From contig JACPSW010000001.1 in the NCBI GenBank assembly GCA_016193045.1, positions 1,579-65,578 of the forward strand: DNA of 64,000 bases. Direction: 5' to 3'. The stretch is from Candidatus Rokuibacteriota bacterium (GTDB lineage: Bacteria; Methylomirabilota; Methylomirabilia; Rokubacteriales; CSP1-6). Positions within the stretch are counted from its first letter, which is position 1. Each line of letters begins with the position of its first letter. Under the pieces are notes generated by a model. It saw only the letters and a program-made list of their open reading frames with translations, ran no database searches and was not told the DNA's origin. Shown here one piece after another: positions 55,082 to 64,000 of the stretch. The position numbers were made by a program, and so were the translations under genes.

Positions 55082-57280
55082 ATGACGCCACGGCGCAAGA
55101 CGAGGCAGATCCAGCTGGGCTCCATCAAGATCGGCGCCGCCGCGCCGATCACGGTGCAGTCCATGACCAAGACGGATACGCGGGACGTCGAGGCGACGCT
55201 GCTCCAGATCTGGTCGCTCGAGGCCGCCGGTTGTGACATCGTCCGCGTGGCGGTCCCTGTCAAGGAGGCGGCCGAAAAGCTCGGGGAGATCAAGAAGCAG
55301 ATCCGCATCCCGCTGGTGGCGGACATCCACTTCAACTACAAGCTGGCCCTGATCGCGCTGGACCAGGGCGTGGACGGCCTGCGCCTCAACCCCGGCAACA
55401 TCGGCGGCAAGCAATTCGTGATGGAAGTGGTGCGGCTCGCGCAGGCGCGCAAGATTCCCATCAGGATCGGGGTGAACGCGGGGTCGCTGGAGAAGGACCT
55501 CCTCGCGAAGTACAACGGTCCCACTGCCCGCGGCATGGCCGAATCGGCTCTCCGGCACATCCGCATCCTCGAGGACTGCGGCTACCCGGAGATGAAGATC
55601 TCGCTCAAGGCCTCCGATCCCGCGATGATGATCGAGGCCTACCGCATGCTGGCCGATCAGGTGGAGTATCCCTTCCACCTGGGAGTCACCGAAGCCGGCA
55701 CGCCGACCGCGGGCACGATCAAGTCCGCCGTCGGGCTCGGGACCCTGCTGGCGGAGGGGATCGGCGACACCATCCGAGTCTCCCTGGCGGCGGACCCCGT
55801 CGAAGAGGTGCGGGTGGGGATCGAGATCCTCAAGGCCCTGGGGCTCAGGAAGCAAGGGCTGACGTTCGTCGCGTGTCCCTCGTGCGGGAGAGCCGACGTG
55901 GACCTGGTGAAGCTCGCCAGGGACGCCGAGGAGCGGTTGAAGGGCGTGACCGAGGAAGTCCACGTCGCCGTGATGGGATGTCTGCCTCCGGGCGAGCAGG
56001 TTGTGACGAAAGAGGGTCCGAAACCTATCGAAGCGATCGGCGAGGGCGAAGAGGTTCTCACCCATGAAGGGACTTTCCGGAGGGTGCTCTGGACCGCCAC
56101 CCACCAGTATCAAGGTGACCTCGTGGAGGTGCATCCCACGGGCTTTGCCCCATTCCGGCTGACTCCCAATCACCCCGTCTGGGCGTTTCCCCGTCCCTCA
56201 CGACGGAAGGGCAAGCGTCCTCACATTCTGAGGGTCCTCGCAAGCGGAGACGCACCGAGGTGGATCAAGGCCGGCGAGCTGTGCCCCGGTTGGGTCCTCG
56301 CCAATCCGATTCTCCAGGAGAAGGAGGACCGGGCAGCACTGACGGCCGAGGGACTCGGCGTCATTCCCGTGGACGATGATTTTATGACCCTGGGCGGCTA
56401 CTACCTGGCCGAGGGGACGCTCTCCGGGAAGGGCGGCAAGCCTTACCAGCAGTTCTTCTATTTCCACGAGCGACAAGACGCTTACGTCGAGAGGCTTTGC
56501 TCCATACTGACGGGCCTCGGGATCCGACCCGGCATCCAGCGCCGGCGGCACACGGCGGAGGTCATCGCCCACTCGCTGGCCCTCGGAAGGCTCCTCGAGA
56601 GCCTCTTCGGCAGAGGCTCCCAGGCCAAACGCCTCCCCGACTGGATGGTCCGGCTCCCTCACGAGAAGCAGCGGCCGCTGATTCGAGCGCTCTGGGAAGG
56701 AGACGGTTATACCGGGCGTGTGCGCGGCTACTTGCGGGCGACGTACTCGACGTCCTCGTGGGTGCTTGCCGTGCAGGTCCATCAGATCCTGGTCCGCCTG
56801 GGGATCGCTGCGTTCCTGCACCATCGGGATCAGCGAGACCGGAAGCGGAACTGGGTCGTTTCGGTGACCTCCAAAGAGGCCCTCGCACGGCTTCGCCACG
56901 TCTTGGGGCTCCGCGCTACCCCCGCGCCCGCTTACTCGAGGAACGGACAGGTCGTGCTGGACGAGCGCGCCTTCTATGTTGGGGTGCGCGCTGTCCGGCG
57001 CGCTCCTTACACCGGCCATGTTCATAACCTGGAGGTGGAGGGGACTCATTCGTTCGTCGTCCCCGGCGCCGCCCTGCACAACTGTGAAGTAAACGGTCCC
57101 GGCGAGGCGCGCGCCGCCGATATCGGCGTGGCGGGAGGGAAAGGGATCGGGCTCATCTTCCGCAAGGGCGAGGTCGTCCGAAAGGTGCCGGAGGCTCGGA
57201 TCATCGAGGCGTTGTGGGAGGAAGTGGAGCGCTTCATCGCCGAGAAGCAGGCCGCGCGGGGCCCCGAGGTTCAGGACTAG
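55082..57280 (+). CDS. ispG: 4-hydroxy-3-methylbut-2-enyl diphosphate synthase IspG (GcpE), interrupted by a 368-aa intein
   Basis: 732 aa. Residues 1-299 (ITVQSMTKTDT..., RLNPGNIG, FVACPSCGR, VHVAVMG) and 668-732 (CEVNGPGEARAADIGVAGGKG...) are colinear with a ~364-aa IspG. Residues 300-667 have intein features. Confidence 0.9.
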   Translation: MTPRRKTRQIQLGSIKIGAAAPITVQSMTKTDTRDVEATLLQIWSLEAAGCDIVRVAVPVKEAAEKLGEIKKQIRIPLVADIHFNYKLALIALDQGVDGLRLNPGNIGGKQFVMEVVRLAQARKIPIRIGVNAGSLEKDLLAKYNGPTARGMAESALRHIRILEDCGYPEMKISLKASDPAMMIEAYRMLADQVEYPFHLGVTEAGTPTAGTIKSAVGLGTLLAEGIGDTIRVSLAADPVEEVRVGIEILKALGLRKQGLTFVACPSCGRADVDLVKLARDAEERLKGVTEEVHVAVMGCLPPGEQVVTKEGPKPIEAIGEGEEVLTHEGTFRRVLWTATHQYQGDLVEVHPTGFAPFRLTPNHPVWAFPRPSRRKGKRPHILRVLASGDAPRWIKAGELCPGWVLANPILQEKEDRAALTAEGLGVIPVDDDFMTLGGYYLAEGTLSGKGGKPYQQFFYFHERQDAYVERLCSILTGLGIRPGIQRRRHTAEVIAHSLALGRLLESLFGRGSQAKRLPDWMVRLPHEKQRPLIRALWEGDGYTGRVRGYLRATYSTSSWVLAVQVHQILVRLGIAAFLHHRDQRDRKRNWVVSVTSKEALARLRHVLGLRATPAPAYSRNGQVVLDERAFYVGVRAVRRAPYTGHVHNLEVEGTHSFVVPGAALHNCEVNGPGEARAADIGVAGGKGIGLIFRKGEVVRKVPEARIIEALWEEVERFIAEKQAARGPEVQD
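55979..57082 (+). mobile_element. Intein with LAGLIDADG homing-endonuclease domain inserted in ispG
   Basis: Starts with Cys (TGT 55979: CLPPGEQVVTKEG). Block B-like RLTPNHPVW. Two LAGLIDADG-like motifs (LGGYYLAEGTLS and IRALWEGDGYTG). C-terminal blocks VHNLEVEGTHSFVVPGAALHN end at AAC 57080-57082, followed by the +1 Cys (TGT 57083). Confidence 0.85.
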
Positions 57281-57284
57281 CACC

Positions 57285-57629
57285 GTGGGTCAATATGAGA
57301 TCCACGTGTTTGTGTGCACGGGCGGGGAGACCTGCCCCACCCAGGGAGATACCGAGAAGTACGTGAAGATCCTTCGCGCCGGCGTGGCCCAAGCCGGCAA
57401 GCACCGGGAGGTCCGGATCAACAAGGCGGGCTGTTTTTCCCAGTGCGGCAACGGGCCGATGATGGTCGTGTATCCCGAGAACGTCTGGTACTCCGGCGTC
57501 CACGAATCGGACCTTCAGGAGATCCTGGAATCCCACATCCTCGGCGGCAAGCCCGTGGCGCGGCTCGTGTACCGCCCGGGCGTCCCCGGCCCCAACCCGA
57601 TCATCAAGAAGCCGGAAAAGAAGGCGTAG
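57285..57629 (+). CDS. Thioredoxin-like [2Fe-2S] ferredoxin
   Basis: GTG start 4 nt after the ispG stop. IHVFVCTGGETC...INKAGCFSQCGNGPMMVVYPENVWY is the Cys pattern and fold signature of thioredoxin-like 2Fe-2S ferredoxins. Confidence 0.85.
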   Translation: MGQYEIHVFVCTGGETCPTQGDTEKYVKILRAGVAQAGKHREVRINKAGCFSQCGNGPMMVVYPENVWYSGVHESDLQEILESHILGGKPVARLVYRPGVPGPNPIIKKPEKKA

Positions 57630-57633
57630 CGCC

Positions 57634-59328
57634 GTGCGCTGGACCCGGTCGCTCATCCCGACCCTCCGGGAAGACCCTGCCGATGCCGAGGCCGTCAGCC
57701 ACAAGCTCATGGTGCGCGCGGGCCTGGTGCGCCAGCTGGCGGCCGGGATCTACGTCTATCTCCCGCTGGGCCACCGCGTGACGGACAAGATCAACGCGAT
57801 CATCCGGGAGGAGATGAACCGGATCGGCGGGCAGGAGGTCACGCTGCCGGTCCTCCATCCGGCGGAGATCTGGCAGCAGTCGGGCCGCTGGCAGGCCATC
57901 GGGGACGAGATGTTCAGGCTGAAGGACCGCAACGCGCGGGACATGTGCCTGGGGATGACCCACGAGGAGGTCATCGCCTGGATCGCCGCCAAGGAGCTCC
58001 GGTCGTACCGGGACCTGCCGCAGATCTGGTACCAGATCCAGACCAAAGAGCGCGACGAAGCGCGGCCGCGATCCGGCGTCCTCCGGACCCGCGAGTTCCT
58101 GATGAAGGACTCCTACACGCTGGACCTGGACGAGGCGGGGCTGGCGAAGGCCTACGACGCCCACAAGGAGGCGTACTGCCGGATCTTCGACCGCTGCGGG
58201 CTCCGCTATCAGGTCGTCGAGTCGGACCCCGGCATGATGGGCGGCTCCGGCTCCCACGAGTTCATGGCGCCCAGTAATGCGGGGGAGGACGAGGTGGCGC
58301 TCTGCGGGCGCTGCGGCTACGCCGCCAACGTCGAGCTCGCCCGAGGCGTTCCCGCTCGCCCCCGGTTCCCGGATTGGACACTCGAGGAAGTGGCGACCCC
58401 CAACGCCAGGACCATCGCGGCGGTGGCGGCGCTGCTCAAGATCGAGCCCGCGCTGACGATCAAATCGCTCCTCTATGTGGCGAAGGACGGCCCGGTCCTG
58501 GCCCTGGTCAGGGGGGACCAAGCGCTCCACGAGAAGAAGCTCGCGCGGGTCGTCGGGGAGTTCCGCCCCGCCCATCCCGACGAGGTGAAGTCCCACCTGG
58601 GCGCCCCCGTCGGCTCGGTGGGGCCGGTGAACGTCCGAATACCCATCGTCGCGGATGAGTCGCTCCGCGAGGGGGTCTACGTGGCCGGGGCGAACAAGGA
58701 GGGGTTTCACCTGCAGGGCGTGAGGCCCGGGAAGGACTTCTCTCCGCGCTTCGCCGACCTTCACGTGGCTCAGACGGGAGAGGGCTGCGCTCAGTGCGGC
58801 GCGGCGCTCAAGGTCGAGCGCGTCATCGAGGTGGGGAACATCTTCAAGCTCGGCACGAAGTATTCCGTGTCCCTGGGGGCCGTGGTGCTGGACGAGAGCG
58901 GCCAGGAGCGGCCGATCGTCATGGGGAGCTACGGGATCGGGCCGGCACGAATCGCGGCGGCGGCCGTCGAACAGCGGCACGACGCCGACGGGATCGTCTG
59001 GCCCTGGAGCATCGCCCCGTTTCACGTCCACCTCCTGTCGGTGAACGCGAAGGATCCCGTTCAGACCGGGGTGGCCGAGGAGCTCTACGCGGAGCTGGGG
59101 GCGGCTGGTGTCGAGGTCCTCTACGACGACCGCGACGAGCGGCCAGGGGTGAAGTTCAAGGATGCCGACCTGCTCGGCCTGCCGATCCGGGTGACGGTGG
59201 GGAACGCCTTCGTCAAGGAGGGGCTGGTCGAAGTCCGGTCGCGCCGGGACCGCACCGACCGGCGGGTCCCGAAGCGAGAAGCCGTGGTCAGCGTCAAGGA
59301 GCTGGCGCGGGAACTGGGCGGGACATAG
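57634..59328 (+). CDS. proS: Prolyl-tRNA synthetase (bacterial type with editing insertion)
   Basis: 564 aa. MVRAGLVRQLAAGIYVYLPLG, RPRSGVLRTREFLMKDSY, and GSYGIGPARI are class II motifs. Confidence 0.95.
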   Translation: MRWTRSLIPTLREDPADAEAVSHKLMVRAGLVRQLAAGIYVYLPLGHRVTDKINAIIREEMNRIGGQEVTLPVLHPAEIWQQSGRWQAIGDEMFRLKDRNARDMCLGMTHEEVIAWIAAKELRSYRDLPQIWYQIQTKERDEARPRSGVLRTREFLMKDSYTLDLDEAGLAKAYDAHKEAYCRIFDRCGLRYQVVESDPGMMGGSGSHEFMAPSNAGEDEVALCGRCGYAANVELARGVPARPRFPDWTLEEVATPNARTIAAVAALLKIEPALTIKSLLYVAKDGPVLALVRGDQALHEKKLARVVGEFRPAHPDEVKSHLGAPVGSVGPVNVRIPIVADESLREGVYVAGANKEGFHLQGVRPGKDFSPRFADLHVAQTGEGCAQCGAALKVERVIEVGNIFKLGTKYSVSLGAVVLDESGQERPIVMGSYGIGPARIAAAAVEQRHDADGIVWPWSIAPFHVHLLSVNAKDPVQTGVAEELYAELGAAGVEVLYDDRDERPGVKFKDADLLGLPIRVTVGNAFVKEGLVEVRSRRDRTDRRVPKREAVVSVKELARELGGT

Positions 59329-59383
59329 ACGTTTCCCGCATTCCCCTTGCCGGGGGGGAGCGGGTGTGCTAAACTCCTGAAAA

Positions 59384-59408
59384 AGTGGGCTCTGCCCACT
59401 TTTTTCTT
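59384..59408 (+). terminator. Rho-independent terminator after proS
   Basis: AGTGGGC-TCT-GCCCACT hairpin (59384-59400), immediately followed by TTTTTCTT. Confidence 0.75.
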
Positions 59409-59427
59409 GCCCCTGGGGGTGGCGGGC

Positions 59428-59889
59428 GTGGATGCTCCGGAGCGACTGGCGCGAATCGAGGCCGTCGTCTCGCCGGTGCTCCAGGCTCACGGGCTCTTCC
59501 TCGTGGATCTCCAGTGGCGCCGCGATGGCCGGCGCTGGGTGCTCAGGTTCTTCGTTGACAAGGCCGCGGGGGTCGGCATCGCCGACTGCCAGCGGTTCAG
59601 CCACGAGGCGGGCGACGTCCTGGACGCCGCGGGCCTGATCCAGGAGAGCTACGACCTGGAGGTGTCCTCACCGGGCCTCACGCGGGAGCTCAAGACCGAC
59701 CGCGAGTGGCGCTGGGCTCAGGGGAAGCGGGTGCGGTGTTGGGTGTCCGAGCCGGTGGACGGCCGGACGGAATTCACGGGGCGGCTCGCGGAGGTCACGG
59801 AGTCGGTGGTGAGGCTGGAGGGGATGGACGGTGAAGCCGAGCTCCCGCGCCGGGGCGTAACCAAGGCGCGGCTCGAGCCCAATTTATGA
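59428..59889 (+). CDS. rimP: Ribosome maturation factor RimP
   Basis: GTG 59428. LARIEAVVSPVLQAHGLFLVDLQWRRDGRRWVLRFFVDK...YDLEVSSPGLTREL. Confidence 0.88.
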   Translation: MDAPERLARIEAVVSPVLQAHGLFLVDLQWRRDGRRWVLRFFVDKAAGVGIADCQRFSHEAGDVLDAAGLIQESYDLEVSSPGLTRELKTDREWRWAQGKRVRCWVSEPVDGRTEFTGRLAEVTESVVRLEGMDGEAELPRRGVTKARLEPNL

Positions 59890-61274
59890 ACCGAGAGCTG
59901 ATCAACGTCATTTCGCAGATCGCGACGGAAAAGGGGATCGACATAGAGGTCCTCTTCGAGGCGCTGGAGTCTGCCCTGCTCTCGGCGTTCAAGAAGACCA
60001 TGGGGGTGGGGACGGCGGAGAACATCCACTTGGAGCTGGACCGGGGGACCGGCACGCTCCGGGTGTTCGCCAGGAAGCGGGTGGTCGCCAAGGTCACCGA
60101 CGCCAGGATCGAGATGACGCTGGCGGAGGCCCGCGCCGTGAAGCCCGATGCCGCGATCGACGACGAGATCGAGCACGAGCTGGAGCCCAAGGAGTTCGGC
60201 CGCATCGCGGCCCAGACCGCGAAGCAGGTGATCCTCCAGCGGGTCCGCGACGCCGAACGGGAGGGGATCTACGCGGAGTTCGTGGGGAAAGAGGGTCAAA
60301 TCGTCCGGGGCGTGGTCCACCGGATCGAGAAGCGGAACGTGATCGTGGAGATGGGGAAGGCGGAAGGGTTTCTGCCCGAGCGAGAGCAAATCCCTGGAGA
60401 GAGGATCAACCCCGGGGACCGGATCCGCGCGTTCGTCCTCGAGGTGAAGAAGACCGCCAAGGGCCCGCAGATCACCCTGTCCCGCACCCATCCGGGGTTC
60501 CTGGCCCGCTTGTTCGAGACCGAGATCCCCGAGATCGCCGAGGGGATCGTGCAGGTCAAGGCAGCGGCGCGCGAGGCAGGTGAGCGGGCGAAGGTGGCCG
60601 TGGCCTCGACGAAGCGCGATGTGGACCCCATCGGCGCCTGCGTGGGACTCCGCGGCACCCGTATCCAGGTGATCAGCCGGGAACTCCGGGGCGAGAAGAT
60701 CGACATCGTCGAGTGGTCCGCCGAGCCCACGACGTTCGTCGCCCGGGCGCTGTCGCCGGCCAAGGTGGCGTCGGTCACGGTGGAGGAGGGGCGGCAGGCC
60801 GAGGAGGGACCGGTGGAGCGGTCGGTCCTCGTGGTGGTTCCCGACAACCAGCTCTCGCTCGCGATCGGCAAGAAGGGCCAGAACGCCCGCCTGGCGGCCA
60901 AGCTGACCGGCATGCGGGTGGACATCAAGAGCGAGTCCGAGCTGGAGGAGGAGCGCCGCCGCGAGGAGGAAGAGCGGACCCAGGGGCGGGCCGCGATCGA
61001 AGAGTTCGCGGGGGTCGGGCCGCAGCTGGTTGAGAAACTGGTTGAAGAGGGACTCTACTCCCCCCAGCGCATCGTCAGAGCCGGCCTCGGGCGGCTCCTG
61101 GAGGTTCCCGGCGTCGGGGAGAAGAAGGCGGAGCGGATACTGGCGGCGGCCCAGGAGTGGTTGGCCGCCCAGGCGGCGGCGGCCCTGGCCGAGTCCGCCG
61201 CCGGAGAGGCCGCCGCGCCCGTCGGCGAGGAGGCCGGGGTGGTCCCGGAGGAAGGGGCGGCGCCGCCCGCGTGA
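59886..61274 (+). CDS. nusA: Transcription termination/antitermination factor NusA
   Basis: ATGA overlap with rimP. S1 domain (GQIVRGVVHRIEKRNVIVEMG), KH domains (GACVGLRGTRIQ, AIGKKGQNARLA), and a C-terminal HhH acidic repeat. Confidence 0.95.
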   Translation: MNRELINVISQIATEKGIDIEVLFEALESALLSAFKKTMGVGTAENIHLELDRGTGTLRVFARKRVVAKVTDARIEMTLAEARAVKPDAAIDDEIEHELEPKEFGRIAAQTAKQVILQRVRDAEREGIYAEFVGKEGQIVRGVVHRIEKRNVIVEMGKAEGFLPEREQIPGERINPGDRIRAFVLEVKKTAKGPQITLSRTHPGFLARLFETEIPEIAEGIVQVKAAAREAGERAKVAVASTKRDVDPIGACVGLRGTRIQVISRELRGEKIDIVEWSAEPTTFVARALSPAKVASVTVEEGRQAEEGPVERSVLVVVPDNQLSLAIGKKGQNARLAAKLTGMRVDIKSESELEEERRREEEERTQGRAAIEEFAGVGPQLVEKLVEEGLYSPQRIVRAGLGRLLEVPGVGEKKAERILAAAQEWLAAQAAAALAESAAGEAAAPVGEEAGVVPEEGAAPPA

Positions 61275-61519
61275 AGCGGGAGCCCCAGCGCACGTGCATC
61301 GGCTGCCGGCGGGTCCGGGCGAAGGCTGAGCTGGTGCGGCTCGTGCGCCGCGCCGATGGGATGGTGGGCGTCGATCGGGCCGGCGCGGCTCCGGGCCGGG
61401 GGGCGTATGTGTGCCCCGCCCCGGAGTGCGTGGAGGAGGCCCTGAAGCGGGGGCGGTTGGCGAGGGCGTTCAAGGGGAAGGCGGAGGCATCTGAAGAAGT
61501 GATCAGGCTGGGGAGGTGA
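61271..61519 (+). CDS. ylxR: YlxR-family (DUF448) RNA-binding protein
   Basis: GTG 61271 overlaps the nusA stop (GTGA). [22 protein letters not shown]...GRGAYVCP...C is the conserved YlxR pattern. Confidence 0.85.
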   Translation: MKREPQRTCIGCRRVRAKAELVRLVRRADGMVGVDRAGAAPGRGAYVCPAPECVEEALKRGRLARAFKGKAEASEEVIRLGR

Positions 61520-61527
61520 GGGGACCG

Positions 61528-64000
61528 ATGGCGTCACGGATCAAGGTGATCGATCTCGCGAAGGAGCTGGGTGTCACCAGCAAGGACCTGATCCAGGCTC
61601 TGGAAGCCCTGGGGCGCAAGAGCATGAGGACGCAGAGTCCTCTCGACGCCGACACGATCCGCGAGCTCCGCGTGAAGCTCGGGCGCGGACGGGAGCTGCC
61701 CGAGGAGCCGAAGCCGAAGCGGGCCAAGGCGGCCCCCAAGGCCCCGGCGGCGAAGAAGAAGGCCGCCGAGGAGAAGGCTCCGGCCGAGAAGGTTGCCGCG
61801 AAGAAAGCGCCGGCGAAGAAGGTCAAGGAGGTCAAGGAAGTCGTCGCCGCCGCCCCGCCGCCGGCACCCGCTCCGGCGCCTCCCAAACCTGTCGAGGTGA
61901 AGCCGGCCCCGCCGAAGGTGGTGGTCAAGCCGCCCGCGCTGCCGAAGCCGCTCCTTCCGAAGCCCAGAGAGGCGGCGAAGGTCGTTCCGTTCAGGCCGCC
62001 CGCTCCTCCCCCGCCGGCCGCGCCGCCCAGGAGGGTGGCGATTCCCCATCCTGCGGCGGGGGGCCCGCCGCCGGCGCCGCCGCTGGTCAAGCCCGTGCCC
62101 CCCAAGCCCGTGGAGCGCCGTGTTGCGCCCGCTGCGCCGCTGGCGGCTCCCGCGAGGCCCGCGGCCGTGGTGGTCACTCCCCAGCCTGCGGCTGGGGGCC
62201 CACCCGCGGCGCCACCGGTCGGGCCTCCGAAGGTGGCCGCACCGCCGCCGCCCAAACCGGCGGCTGCGGGGCCGGTGCCACCGGCTCCGGTCGAGCCTGC
62301 CCCCCCTATCGAGGTCAAGCGCGAGCTCATCCGTCTGGGCGAGTCTGTCACGGTGGGCGAGCTCGCTCAGGCCATGCGCCGGAAGTCGGGAGAGGTGATC
62401 AAGGCGCTGGTCGAGATGGGTGTGATGGCCACCGTCAACGAGATCCTCGACCCGACGGCCGCCAAGCTGGTGGCGGACAAGTTCAGCTTCGACGTGGAGG
62501 TGCGGACGCTCGAGGGGGAGGAGCTGCGCGAGGAGGAAGTGGATCCCTCCCAGCTGCGCTTACGCTCGCCCGTCGTGACGGTGATGGGGCACGTGGACCA
62601 CGGCAAGACCTCGCTCCTCGACGCCATCCGCCGGACCAAGGTGGCGGAGAAGGAGTTCGGCGGCATCACCCAGCACATCGGCGCCTACCAGGTAGACACC
62701 TCGCACGGCAAGGTCACCTTCCTCGACACGCCGGGCCACGAGGCTTTCACCGCCATGCGCGCGCGGGGGGCACAGGTGACGGACATCGTCATCCTCGTCG
62801 TGGCCGCCGACGACGGCGTCATGCCGCAGACCGTCGAGGCCGTCAACCACGCGAAGGCCGCCAACGTCCCCATCATCGTCGCCGTCAACAAGATCGACAA
62901 GCCCGGGGCCGACCCGGAACGGGTCAGGCGCGAGCTGTCCAACCTCGGGCTGGTGCCGGAGGCATGGGGCGGCCAGACGATCTACGTGGAGACCTCGGCC
63001 AAGAAGGGGACGGGCATCGAGAACCTGCTGGAGATGACCGGCCTCCAGGCCGAGATCCTCGAGCTCAAGGCCAACCCCAACCGGGCCGGCAAGGGTGTGA
63101 TCATCGAAGGCCGCCTGGACAAGGGACGCGGCCCCGTGGCCACGGTGCTGATCCAGCATGGGACGCTCAAGGAGGGCGACGCGGTGGTGGTGGGGCAGCA
63201 CTCGGGGCGCGTGCGCGCGATGTTCAGCCACGTCGGCAAGAAGGTCCGGGCCGCCGGCCCCTCGGACCCGGTGGAGATCCTTGGGCTCTCGGGCGTGCCG
63301 CAGGCCGGCGACACCCTCGTCGCGGTGGAGGACGAGCGCAAGGCGCGGCAGATCGCCACCCTCCGCCAGGATCGCGAGCGGCAGCGCGCCAAGGGCGTCA
63401 CGCGCGTCACGCTCCAGGACCTGCACCAGCAGATCGAGACCGGCGAGGTCAAGGAGCTCCGCCTGATCCTCAAGGCCGACGTCGGCGGTTCGGTGGAGGC
63501 CCTCACCGAATCGCTGGAGGGGCTCTCGACGGATCAGGTGAAGCTCAAGGTCATCCACGGGTCGGTGGGCACGATCACCGAGAGCGACGTCATGCTCGCC
63601 TCTGCCTCCAACGCCATCGTCCTCGGCTTCAACGTGAAGCCCGAGCCCAAGGCGGCCACCCAGGCCCAGGCGGACGGCGTCGATGTGCGCACCTACAACG
63701 TCATCTACGAGGCCATCAAGGACGTTCGGGCCGCGCTGTCCGGCCTTCTGGCTCCCGAGATCCGCGAGGTGGCGCTGGGCAAGGCCCAGGTGCGCCAGCT
63801 CTTCCCGATCTCCAAAGTGGGGACCATCCTGGGTTCCTACGTCACGGAAGGGAAGATCCAGCGCGGCGCGAAGGTGCGAGTCAAGCGCGACGGCGCCGTG
63901 GTGGGCGAGGGAACGCTCAACTCGCTCAAGCGCTTCAAGGATGACGTCCGCGAGGTCCTTCAGGGGCTCGAGTGCGGCATCGCCGTGGACGGCGTCAGCG
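61528..64000 (+). CDS. infB: Translation initiation factor IF-2 (3' end beyond window)
   Basis: ATG 61528 after GGGGAGGTGAGGGG. It is not in the ORF track because no stop is reached. [22 protein letters not shown], a long Pro/Ala/Lys-rich linker, then the G domain [17 protein letters not shown]...DTPGHEAF...NKIDK and domains up to ...[10 protein letters not shown] at the window edge. Confidence 0.95.
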   Translation, partial: MASRIKVIDLAKELGVTSKDLIQALEALGRKSMRTQSPLDADTIRELRVKLGRGRELPEEPKPKRAKAAPKAPAAKKKAAEEKAPAEKVAAKKAPAKKVKEVKEVVAAAPPPAPAPAPPKPVEVKPAPPKVVVKPPALPKPLLPKPREAAKVVPFRPPAPPPPAAPPRRVAIPHPAAGGPPPAPPLVKPVPPKPVERRVAPAAPLAAPARPAAVVVTPQPAAGGPPAAPPVGPPKVAAPPPPKPAAAGPVPPAPVEPAPPIEVKRELIRLGESVTVGELAQAMRRKSGEVIKALVEMGVMATVNEILDPTAAKLVADKFSFDVEVRTLEGEELREEEVDPSQLRLRSPVVTVMGHVDHGKTSLLDAIRRTKVAEKEFGGITQHIGAYQVDTSHGKVTFLDTPGHEAFTAMRARGAQVTDIVILVVAADDGVMPQTVEAVNHAKAANVPIIVAVNKIDKPGADPERVRRELSNLGLVPEAWGGQTIYVETSAKKGTGIENLLEMTGLQAEILELKANPNRAGKGVIIEGRLDKGRGPVATVLIQHGTLKEGDAVVVGQHSGRVRAMFSHVGKKVRAAGPSDPVEILGLSGVPQAGDTLVAVEDERKARQIATLRQDRERQRAKGVTRVTLQDLHQQIETGEVKELRLILKADVGGSVEALTESLEGLSTDQVKLKVIHGSVGTITESDVMLASASNAIVLGFNVKPEPKAATQAQADGVDVRTYNVIYEAIKDVRAALSGLLAPEIREVALGKAQVRQLFPISKVGTILGSYVTEGKIQRGAKVRVKRDGAVVGEGTLNSLKRFKDDVREVLQGLECGIAVDGVS

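Noticed and set aside
55979-57082. Alternative explanation that the IspG insertion is the A* insert domain known from plant, apicomplexan and chlamydial IspG.
   Set aside because: - The A* domain sits between the TIM-barrel and Fe-S domains. This insert lies inside the Fe-S domain at the ligand Cys.
- The insert starts with Cys, ends with His-Asn followed by Cys, and carries two LAGLIDADG motifs. That fits an intein, not A*.

Overview
Very GC-rich bacterial chromosomal segment. It is densely packed with about 65 protein genes, mostly on the + strand, in long co-directional operons with many 1-23 nt start/stop overlaps. I saw no rRNA, tRNA, CRISPR array, IS element or integrase.

Gene order:
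- phnE 3' end, an orphan zinc-finger anti-sigma factor, a secreted Cys-repeat protein and a pentaheme cytochrome c, then a GT1 glycosyltransferase.
- A Bat-like MoxR / DUF58 / giant double-VWA / TPR operon.
- A small glutaredoxin-like gene with an in-frame TGA at the redox-active position, then a GalT-like gene.
- A complete ISC operon (iscR-iscS-iscU-iscA-hscB-hscA-fdx-iscX), a convergent DsrEFH/TusBCD-like trio, and a second nifS-nifU-like-cysE module.
- A small HTH gene, an HD hydrolase and dinB.
- A Liv-type ABC uptake operon with an embedded acyl-CoA ligase.
- A biotin carboxylase remnant, a mini-BCCP and a carboxyltransferase.
- rpoD (minus strand), cinA, yceI-like (minus strand), a PduO-type adenosyltransferase and malic enzyme.
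- GT2, an aminotransferase, a GT-C membrane glycosyltransferase, and nth.
- Conserved housekeeping genes: rplM-rpsI, argC-argJ, rpsB-tsf-pyrH-frr-uppS-cdsA-dxr-rseP-ispG-fdx-proS, and rimP-nusA-ylxR-infB (3' truncated by the window edge).

Most notable observations:
1. A full-length LAGLIDADG intein sits in ispG exactly at an Fe-S ligand cysteine.
2. A candidate selenocysteine (UxxC) glutaredoxin-like gene has a perfect hairpin downstream of its UGA.
3. A carboxylase locus retains only the last ~60 codons of its biotin carboxylase, next to a perfect ~67-bp tandem duplication.
4. Two Fe-S assembly modules flank a sulfur-relay (DsrEFH-like) trio.

Limits: all calls rest on reading the translated ORFs and on motif knowledge. 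No database search was possible. Start codons inside track ORFs are inferred from RBS, homologue N-termini and overlaps. Any novelty claim needs database checks.
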